Assembly (NCBI RefSeq): GCF_009914755.1
Contig: NC_060925.1
Length of the DNA: 64,000 nt
Direction: 5' to 3' (one strand)
From: the human T2T-CHM13v2.0 reference genome, Homo sapiens
This document shows, piece after piece, positions 1 through 12,000 of this stretch. Under the pieces are notes generated by a model that was not told where the DNA came from, did no database searches, and saw only the letters and a list, made by a program, of their open reading frames with translations. The position numbers were made by a program, and so were the translations under genes. Every line of letters starts with the position of its first letter. The first letter of the stretch is position 1.

Positions 1-2242
1 TCCATTGTGATCATCATCGAATGGACTCGAATGGAAACATCATCCAATGGAAACTAATGGAATCAACATCGAATGGAATCGAATGGAAACACCATCGAAT
101 TGAATCGAATGGAATTATCATGAAATTGAAACGGATGGACTCATCATCGAATGGATTCGAATGGAATCATCGAATGAAATTGATTGAAATCATCATCAAA
201 TGGAATCGAATGGAATCATTGAATGGAATCGAATGGAATCATCATCAGATGGAAATGAATGGAATCATCATAGAATGGAATCGAATGGATTCATTGAATG
301 GAATCAGATGGAATCATCGAATGGACTTGAATGGAATCATTGAATGGACTCGAATGGAATCATTATTGAATGGAATTGAATGGAATCATCGAATGGTCTC
401 GAATGGAATCATTATCAAATGGAATCGAATGGAATCACCGAATAGAATCGAATGGAATAATCAACGAATGGACTCAAATGGAATTATCCTAAATTGGAAT
501 CGAATGGAATTATCGAATGCAATCGAATGGAGTAATCGAATGCAATCGAATAGAATCATCGAACGGACTTGAAAGGAATCATCGATTGAAATGGAATGGA
601 ATAGTCAATGAACTCGAATGGAATCATCATTGAATGGTATCATCGAGTGGAATCGAATGGAATCATGATCAAATGGAATCGAAAGTAATCATCATCAAAT
701 GGAACCGAATGGAATCCTCATTGAATGGAAATGAAAGGAGTCATCATCTAATGGAATCGCATGGAATCATCATCAAATGGAATCGAATGGAATCATCATC
801 AAATGGAATCTAATGGAATCATTGAACGGAATTGATTGGAATCGTCATCGAATGAATTGAATGCAATCAACGAATGGTCTCGAATGGGACCACCTCCAAA
901 TGGAATGGAATGGAATCATCGCATAGAATCGAATGGAATTATCATCGAATGGACCCGAATGGAATCAACGTCAAACGGAATCAAACGGAATTATCGAATG
1001 GAATCGAAGAGAATCATCGAACGGACTCGAATGGAATCATCTAATGGAATGGAATGGAAGAATCCATGGACTCGAATGCAATCATCATCGAATGGAATCG
1101 AATGGAATCATCGAATGGACTCGAATGGAATAATCATTGAACGGAATCGAATGGAATCATCATTGGATGGAAACGAATGGAATCATCATCGAATGGAATC
1201 GAATGGGATCATCAAATGGAATCAGATGGAATCATCATCAAATGGAATCGAATAGAATTATGGAATGAAATCCAATGTGATCATCATTGAATGGACTCGA
1301 ATGGAATCATCATCCAATGGAAACTAATGGAATCAACATCGAATGGAATCGAATGGAAACACCATCGAATTGAAACGAATGGAATTATCATGAAATTGAA
1401 ATGGATGGACTCATCATCGAATGGATTCGAATGGAATCATCGAATGAAATTGATTGAAATCATCATCAAATGGAATCGAATGGAATCATTGAATGGAATC
1501 GAATGGAATCATCATCAGATGGAAATGAATGGAATCATCATAGAATGGAATCGAATGGATTCATGGAATGGAATCAGATGGAATCATCGAATGGACTTGA
1601 ATGGAATCGTTGAATGGACTCGAATGGAATCATTATTGAATGGAATTGAATAGAATCATCGAATGGTCTCGAATGGAATCATTATCAAATGAAGTCGAAT
1701 GGAATCACCGAATAGAATCGAATGGAACAATCATCGAATGGACTCAAATGGAATTATCCTCAAATGGAATCAAATGGATTTATCGAATGCAATCGAATTT
1801 AATTATCGAATGCAATCGAATAGAATCATCGAATGGACTCGAATGGAATCATCGAATGGAATGCAATGGATTAATCCATGGACTCGAATTCAATCACCAT
1901 CGAATACAATCGAATGGAGTCATCGAATCGACTCAAATGGAATAATCATTGAATGGAATCGAATGGAATCATCGAGTGGAATCGAATGGAATCATGATCA
2001 AATGGAATCGAATGTAATCATCATCAAATGGAATCAAAAATAAACATCATCAATTGGTATTGAATGGAATTGTCATCAAATGGAATTCAAAGGAATCATC
2101 ATCAAATGGAACCGAATGGAATCCTCATTGAATAGAAATGAAAGGAGTCATCATCTAATGGAATCGCATGGAATCATCACCAAATGGAATCGAATGGAAT
2201 CATCATCAAATGGAATCTAATGGAATCATTGAACGGAATTGA

Positions 2243-5200
2243 CTGGAATCGTCATCGAATGAATTGAATGCAATCAACGAATGGTCTCGAATGGAACCAC
2301 CTCCAAATGGAATGGAATGGAATCATCGCATAGAATCGAATGGAATTATCATCGGATGGACTCGAATGGAATCAACATCAAACGGAATCAAACGTAATTA
2401 TCGAATGGAATCGAAGAGAATCATCGAATGGACTCGAATGGAATCATCTAATGGAATGGAATGGAAGAATCCATGGACTCGAATGCAATCATCATCGAAT
2501 GGAATCGAATGGAATCATCGAATGGACTCGAATGGAATAATCATTGAACGGAATCGAATGGAATCATCATCGGATGGAAACGAATGGAATCATCATCGAA
2601 TGGAATCGAATGGGATCATCAAATGGAATCAGATGGAATCATCATCAAATGGAATCGAATAGAATTATGGAATGAAATCCAATGTGATCATCATTGAATG
2701 GACTCGAATGGAATCATCATCCAATGGAAACTAATGGAATCAACATCGAATGGAATCGAATGGAAACACCATCGAATTGAAACGAATTGCATTATCATGA
2801 AATTGAAATGGATGGACTCATCATCGAATGGATTCGAATGGAATCATCGAATGAAATTGATTGAAATCATCATCAAATGGAATCGAATGGAATCATTGAA
2901 TGGAATCGAATGGAATCATCATCAGATGGAAATGAATGGAATCATCATAGAATGGAATCGCATGGATTCATTGAATGGAATCAGATGGAATCATCGAATG
3001 GACTTGAATGGAATCATTGAATGGCCTCGAATGGAATCATTATTGAATGGAATTGAATGGAATCATCCAATGGTCTCGAATGGAATCATTATCAAATGGA
3101 ATCGAATGGAATCACCGAATAGAATCGAATGGAACAATCATCGAAAGGACTCAAATGGAATTATCCTCAAATGGAATCGAATGGAATTATCGAATGCAAT
3201 CGAATGGAATAATCGAATGCAATCGAATAGAATCATCCAATGGACTTGAAAGGAATCATCGATTGAAATGGAATGGAATAGTCAATGAACTCGAATGGAA
3301 TCATCATTGAATGGAATCATTGAGTGGAATCGAATGGAATCATGATCAAATGGAATCTAAAATAATCATCATCAAATGGAATCAAAAATAACCATCATGA
3401 ATTGGTATTGAATGGAATTGTCATCAAACGGAATTCAAAGGCATCATCATCAAATGGAATCGAAAGGAATCATCAAATGGAATCGAATGGAATCATCATC
3501 AGATGGAAATGAATGGAATCATCATAGAATGGAATCACATGGATTCATTGAATGGAATCAGATGGAATCATCGAATGGACTTGAATGGAATCGTTGAATG
3601 GACTCGAATGGAATCATTATTTAATGGAATTGAATAGAATCATCGAATGGTCTCGAATGGAATCATTATCAAATGAAGTCGAATGGAATCACCGAATAGA
3701 ATCGAATGGAACAATCATCGAATGGACTCAAATGGAATTATCCTCAAATGGAATCAAATGGATTTATCGAATGCAATCGAATGGAATTATCGAATGCAAT
3801 CGAATAGAATCATCGAATGGACTCGAATGGAATCATCGAGTGGAATGCAATGGATTAATCCATGGACTCGAATTCAATCACCATCGAATACAATCGAATG
3901 GAGTCATCGAATCGACCCAAATGGAATAATCATTGAATGGAATCGAATGGAATCATCGAGTGGAATCGAATGGAATCATGATCAAATGGAATCGAATGTA
4001 ATCATCATCAAATGGAATCAAAAATAAACATCATCAATTGGTATTGAATGGAATTGTCATCAAATGGAATTCAAAGGAATCATCATCAAATGGAACCGAA
4101 TGGAATCATCATTGAATGGAAATGAAAGGAGTCATCATCTAATGGAATCGCATGGAATCATCATCAAATGGAATCTAATGGAATCATTGAACGGAATTGA
4201 ATGGAATCGTCATCGAATGAATTGAATGCAATCAACGAATGGTCTCGAATGGAACCACCTCCAAATGGAATGGAATGGAATCATTGCATAGAATCGAATG
4301 GAATTATCATCGAATGGACTCGAATGGAATCAACATCAAACGGAATCAAACGGAATTATCAAATGGAATCGCAGAGAATCATCGAATGGACTCAAATGGA
4401 ATCATCTAATGGAATGGAATGGAAGAATCCATGGACTCGAATGCAATCATCATCGAATGGAAACGAATGGAATCATCGAATGGACTCGAATGGAATAATC
4501 ATTGAACGGAATCGAATGGAATTATCATCGGATGGAAACGAATGGAATCACCAAAGGGAATCAGATGGAATCATCATCAAATGGAATCGAATAGAATTAT
4601 GGAATGAAATCCATTGTGATCATCATCGAATGGACTTGAATGGAATCATCATCCAATGGAAACTAATGGAATCTACATCGAATGGAATCGGATGGAAACA
4701 CCATCGAATTGAAACGAATGGATTTATCATGAAATTGAAATGGATGGACTCATCATCGAATGGATTCGAATGGAATCATCGAATGAAATTGATTGAAATC
4801 ATCATCAAATGGAATCGAATGGAATCATTGAATGGAATCGAATGGAATCATCATCAGATGGAAATGAATGGAATCATCATAGAATGGAATCGAATGGATT
4901 CATTGAATGGAATCAGATGGAATCATCGAATGGACTTGAATGGAATCATTGAATGGACTCGAATGGAATCATTATTGAATGGAATTCAATGGAATCATCG
5001 AATGGTCTCGAATGGAATCATTATCAAATGGAATCGAATGGAATCACGGAATAGAATCGAATGGAACAATCATCGAATGGACTCAAATGGAATTATCCTC
5101 AAATGGAATCAAATGGAATTATCGAATGCAATCGAATGGAATAATCGAATGCAATCGAATAGAATCATCGAATGGACTTGAAAGGAATCATCGATTGACA

Positions 5201-8200
5201 TGGAATGGAATAGTCAATGAACTCGAATGGAATCATCATTGAATGGAATCATCGAGAGGAATCGAATGGAATCATGATCAAATGGAATCGAAAGTAATCA
5301 TCATCAAATGGAATCAAAAATAACCATCATCAATTGGTATTGAATGGAATTGTCATCAAACGGAATTCAAAGGAATCATCATCAAATGGAACCGAATGGA
5401 ATCCTCATTGAATGGAAATGAAAGGAGTCATCATCTAATGGAATCGCATGGAATCATCATCAAATGGAATCGAATGGAATCATCATCAAATGGAATCTAA
5501 TGGAATCATTGAACGGAATTGAATGGAATCGTCATCGAATGAATTGAATGCAATCAACGAATGGTCTCGAATGGGACCACCTCCAAATGGAATGGAATGC
5601 AATCACCGCATAGAATCGAATGGAATTATCATCGAATGGACCCGAATGGAATTAACGTCAAACGGAATCAAACGGAATTATCGAGTGGAATCGAAGAGAA
5701 TCATCGAACGGACTCGAATGGAATCATCTAAAGGAATGGAATGGAAGAATCCATGGACTCGAATGCAATCATCATCGAATGGACTCGAATGGAATAATCA
5801 TTGAACGGAAACGAATGGAATCATCATCGGATGGAAACGAATGGAATCATCATCGAATGGAATCGAATGGGATCATCAAATGGAATCAGATGGAATCATC
5901 ATGAAATGGAATCGAATAGAATTATGGAATGAAATCCAATGTGATCATCATTGAATGGACTCGAATGGAATCATCATCCAATGGAAACTAATGGAATCAA
6001 CATCGAATGGAATCGAATGGAAACACCATCGAATTCAAACTAATGGAATTATCATGAAATTGAAATTAATGGACACATCATCGAATGGATTCGAATGGAA
6101 TCATCGAATGAAATTGATTGAAATCATCATCAAATGGAATCGAAAGGAATGATTGAATGGAATCGAATGGAATCATCATCAGATGGAAATGAATGGAATC
6201 ATCATAGAATGGAATCGCATGGATTCATTGAATGGAATCAGATGGAATCATCGAATGGACTTGAATGGAATCGTTGAATGGACTCGAATGGAATCATTAT
6301 TGAATGGAATTGAATAGAATCATCGAATGGTCTCGAATGGAATCATTATCAAATGAAGTCGAATGGAATCACCGAATAGAATCGAATGGAACAATCATCG
6401 AATATACTCAAATGGAATTATCTTCAAATGGAATCAAATAGATTTATCGAATGCAATCGAATTTAATTATCGAATGCAATCGAATAGAATCATCGAATGG
6501 ACTCGAATGGAATCATCGACTGGAATGCAATGGATTAATCCATGGACTCGAATTCAATCACCATCGAATACAATCGAATGGAGTCATATAATCGACTCAA
6601 ATGGAATAATCATTGAATGGAATCGAATGGAATCATCGAGTGGAATCGAATGGAATCATGATCAAATGGAATCGAATGTAATCATCATCAAATGGAATCA
6701 AAAATAAACATCATCAATTGGTATTGAATGGAATTGTCATCAAATGGAATTCAAAGGAATCATCATCAAATGGAACCGAATGGAATCCTCATTGAATGGA
6801 AATGAAAGGAGTCATCATCTAATGGAATCGCATGGAATCATCACCAAATGGAATCGAATGGAATCATCAACAAATGGATTCTAATGGAATCATTGAACGG
6901 AATTGAATGGAATCGTCATCGAATGAATTGAATGCAATCAACGGATGGTCTCGAATGGAACCACCTCCAAATGGAATGGAATGGAATCATCGCATAGAAT
7001 CGAATGGAATTATCATCGAATGGACTCGAATGGAATCAACATCAAACGGAATCAAACGGAATTATCGAATGGAATCGAAGAGAATCAACGAATGGACTCG
7101 AATGGAATCATCTAATGGAATGGAATGGAAGAGTCTGTGGACTCGAATGCAATCATCATCGAATGGAATCGAATGGAATCATCGAATGGACTCAAATGGA
7201 ATAATCATTGAACGGAAACGAATGGAATCATCATCGGCTGGAAACGAATGGAATCATCATCGAATGGAATCGAATGGGATCATCATATGGAATCAGATGG
7301 AATCATCATCAAATGGAATCGAATAGAATTATGGAATGAAATCCAATGTGATCATTATTGAATGGACTCGAATGGAATCATCATCCAATGTAAACTAATG
7401 GAATCAACATCGAATGGAATCGAATGGAAACACCTTCGAATTGAAACGAATGGAATTATCATGAAATTGAAATGGATGGACTCATCATCGAATGGATTCG
7501 AATGGAATCATCGAATGAAATTGATTGAAATCATCATCAAATGGAATCGAAAGGAATCATTGAATGGAATCGAATGGAATCATCATCAGATGGAAATGAA
7601 TGGAATCATCATAGAATGGAATCGCATGGATTCATTGAATGGAATCAGATGGAATCATCGAATGGACTTGAATGGAATCGTTGAATGGACTCGAATGGAA
7701 TCATTATTGAATGGAATTGAATAGAATCATCGAATGGTCTCGAATGGAATCATTATCAAATGAAGTCGAATGGAATCACCGAATAGAATCGAATGGAACA
7801 ATCATCGAATGGACTCAAATGGAATTATCCTCAAATGGAATCAAATGGATTTATCGAATGCAATCGAATGGAATTATCGAATGCAATCAAATAGAATCAT
7901 CGAATGGACTCGAATGGAATCATCGAATGGAATGCAATGGATTAATTCATGGACTCGAATTCAGTCACCATCGAATACAATCGAATGGAGTCATCGAATC
8001 GACTCTAATGGAATAATCATTGAATGGAATCGAATGGAATCATCGAGTGGAATCGAATGGAATCATGATCAAATGGAATCGAGTGTAATCATCATCTAAT
8101 GGAATCAAAAATAAACATCATCAATTGGTATTGAATGGAATTGTCATCAAATGGAATTCAAAGGAATCATCATCAAATGGAACCGAATGGAATCCTCATT

Positions 8201-11200
8201 GAATGGAAATGAAAGGAGTCATCATCTAATGGAATCGCATGGAATCATCATCAAATGGAATCTAATGGAATCATCATCAAATGGAATCTAATGGAATCAT
8301 TGAACGGAATTGAATGGAATCGTCATCGAATGAATTGAATGCAATCAACGAATAGTCTCGAATGGAACCACCTCCAAATGGAAAGGAATGGAATCATCGC
8401 ATAGAATCGAATGGAATTATCATCGAATGGACTCGAATGGAATCAACATCAAACAGAATCAAACGGAATTATCGAATGGAATCGAAAACAATCATCGAAT
8501 GGACTCGAATGGAATCATCTAATGGAATGGAATGGAAGAATCCATGGTCTCGAATGCAATCATCATCGAATGGAATCGAATGGAATCATCGAATGGACTC
8601 GAATGGAATAATCATTGAACGGAATCGAATGGAATCATCATCGGATGGAAACGAATGGAATCATCAAATGGAACCAGATGGAATCATCACCAAATGGAAT
8701 CGAATAGAATTATGGAATGAAATCCATTGTGATCATCATTGAATGGACTCGAATGGAATCATCATCCAATGGAAACTAATGGAATCAACATCGAATGGAA
8801 TCGAATGGAAACACCATCGAATTGAAACGAATGGAATTATCATGAAATTGAAATGGATGGACTCATCATCGAATGGATTCGAATGGAATCATCGAATGAA
8901 ATTGATTGAAATCATCATCAAATGGAATCGAAAGGAATCATTGAATGGAATCGAATGGAATCATCATCAGATGGAAATGAATGGAATCATCATAGAATGT
9001 AATCGAATGGATTCATTGAATGGAATCAGATGGAATCATCGAATGGACTTGAATGGAATCATTGAATGGACTCAAATGGAATCATTATTGAATGGAATTG
9101 AAGGGAATCATCGAATGGTCTCGAATGGAATCATTATCAAATGGAATCGAATGGAATCACCGAATAGAATCGAATGGAACAATCATCGAATAGACTCAAA
9201 TGGAATTATCCTCAAATGGAATCGAATGGAATTATCGAATGCAATCGAATGGAATAATCGAATGCAATCGAATAGAATCATCGAATGGACTTGAAAGGAA
9301 TCATCGATTGAAATGGAATGGAATAGTCAATGAACTCGAATGGAATCATCATTGAATGGAATCATCCAGTGGAATCGAATGGAATCATGATAAAATGGAA
9401 TCGAAAGTAATCATCATCAAATGGAATCAAAATAACCATCATCAATTGGTATTGAATGGAATTGTCATCAAACGGAATTCAAAGGAATCATCATCAAATG
9501 GAACCGAATGGAATCCTCATTGAATGGAAATGAAAGGAGTCATCATCTAATGGAATCCCATGGAATCATCATCAAATGGAATCGAATGGAATCATCATCC
9601 AATGGAATCTAATTGAATCATTGAACGGAATTGAATGGAATCGTCATCGAATGAATTCAATGCAATCAACGAATGGTCTCGAAAAGAACCACCTCCAAAT
9701 GGAATGGAATGGAATCATCGCATAGAATGGAATGGAATTATCATCGAATGGACTCGAATGGAATCAACATCAAACAGAATCAAACGGAATTATCGAATGG
9801 AATCGAAGACAATCATCGAATGGACTCGAATGGAATCATCTAATGGAATGGAATGGAAGAATCCATGGTCTCGAATGCAATCATCATCGAATGGAATCGA
9901 ATGGAATCATCGAATGGACTCGAATGGAATAATCATTGAACGGAATCGAATGGAATCAACATCGGATGGAAAGGAATGGAATCATCATCGAATGGAATCG
10001 AATGGGATCATCAAATGGAATCAGATGGAATCATCATCAAATGGAATCGAATAGAATTATGGAATTAAATCCAACGTGATCATCATTGAATGGACTCGAA
10101 TGGAATCATCATCCAATGGAAACTAATGGAATCAACATCGAATGGAATCGAATGGAAACACCATCGAATTGAAACGAATGGAATTATCATGAAATTGAAA
10201 TGGATGGACTCATCATCGAATGGATTCGAATGGAATCATCGAATGAAATTGATTGAAATCATCATCAAATGGAATCGAAAGGAATCATTGAATGGAATCG
10301 AATGGAATCATCATCAGATGGAAATGAATGGAATCATCATAGAATGGAATCACATGGATTCATTGAATGGAATCAGATGGAGTCATCGAATGGACTTGAA
10401 TGGAATCATTGAATGGACTCGAATGGAATCATTATTGAATGTAATTGAATAGAATCATCGAATGGTCTCGAATGGAATCATTATCAAATGAAGTCGAATG
10501 GAATCACCGAATAGAATCGAATGGAACAATCATCGAATGGACTCAAATGGAATTATCCTCAAATGGAATCAAATGGATTTATCGAATGCAATCGAATGGA
10601 ATTATCGAATGCAATCGAATAGAATCATCGAATGGACTCGAATGGAATCATCGAATGGAATGCAATGGATTAATCCATGGACTCGAATGGAATCATCGAA
10701 TGGAATGCAATGGATTAATCCATGGACTCGAATTCAATCACCATCGAATACAATCGAATGGAGTCATCGAATCAACTCAAATGGAATAATCATTGAATGG
10801 AATCGAATGGAATCATCGAGTGGAATCGAATGGAGTCATGATCAAATGGAATCAAATGTAATCATCATCAAATGGAATCAAAAATAAACATCATCAATTG
10901 GTATTGAATGGAATTGTCATCAAATGGAATTCAAAGGAATCATCATCAAATGGAACCGAATGGAATCCTCATTGAATGGAAATGAAAGGAGTCATCATCT
11001 AATGGTATCGCATGGAATCATCACCAAATGGAATCGAATGGAATCATCATCAAATGGAATCTAATGGAATCATTGAACGGAATTGAATGGAATCGTCATC
11101 GAATGAATTGAATGCCATCAACGAATGGTCTCGAATGGAACCATCTCCAAATGGAATGGAATGGAATCATCGCATAGAATCGAATGGAATTATCATCGAA

Positions 11201-12000
11201 TGGACTCGAATGGAATCAACACCAAACGGAATCAAACGGAATTATCGAATGGAATCGAAGAGAATCATCGAACGGACTCGAATGGAATCATCTAATGGAA
11301 TGGAATGGAAGAATCCATGGACTCGAATGCAATCATGATCGAATGGAATCGAATGGAATCATCGAATGGACTCGAATGGAATAATCATTGAACGGAAACG
11401 AATGGAGTCATCGGATGGAAACGAATGGAATCATCATCGAATGGAATCGAATGGGATCATCAAATGGAATCAGATGGAATCATCATCAAATGGAATCGAA
11501 TAGAATTATGGAATGAAATCCAATGTGATCATCATCGAATGGACTCGAATGGAATCATCATCCAATGGAAACTAATGGAATCAACATCGAATGGAATCGA
11601 ATGGAAACACCATCGAATTGAAACGAATGGAATTATCATGAAATAGAAATGGATGGACTCATCATCGAATGGATTCGAATGGAATCATCGAATGAAATTG
11701 ATTGAAATCATCATCAAATGGAATCGAATGGAATCATTGAATGGAATCGAATGGAATCATCATCAGATGGAAATGAATGGAATCATCATAGAATGGGATC
11801 GCATGGATTCATTGAATGGAATCAAATGGAATCATCGAATGGACTTGAATGGAATCGTTGAATGGACTCGAATGGAATCATTATTGAATGGAATTGAATA
11901 GAATCATCGAATGGTCTCGAATGGAATCATTATCAAATGAAGTCGAATGGAATCACCGAATAGAATCGAATGGAACAATCATCTAATGGACTCAAATGGA
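2243..12000 (+). repeat. Higher-order repeat copy 1 (truncated, lacks one 1381-bp monomer)
   Basis: Monomer lengths are 1958, 1322, 1384, 1407, 1321, 1452, (1404). It shares private variants with copy 2 at offsets 22,061 and then 23,442. The end point is approximate. Confidence 0.85.
10632..10721 (+). repeat. Perfect 2x45-bp tandem duplication inside the 1452-bp monomer
   Basis: ATGGACTCGAATGGAATCATCGAATGGAATGCAATGGATTAATCC occurs twice; 1452 = 1407+45. Confidence 0.93.

Noticed and set aside
145-170. Heat-shock elements from abundant nGAAn
   Set aside because: GAA units are almost all head-to-tail. The TTC occurrences I checked lack the GAAnnTTC spacing.
173-195. ATGAAATTGATTGAAATCA as a DUX4 site (once per monomer)
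   Set aside because: It matches only TGATTRRR of the TGATTRRRTTA consensus and has two mismatches in the second half-site. It cannot be supported without PWM or ChIP data, although DUX4 is known to induce HSATII.
2036-2046. AATAAA polyadenylation signal in CAAAAATAAAC
   Set aside because: It is a monomer variant (alternative AATAAC) with no gene context or GU-rich downstream element.
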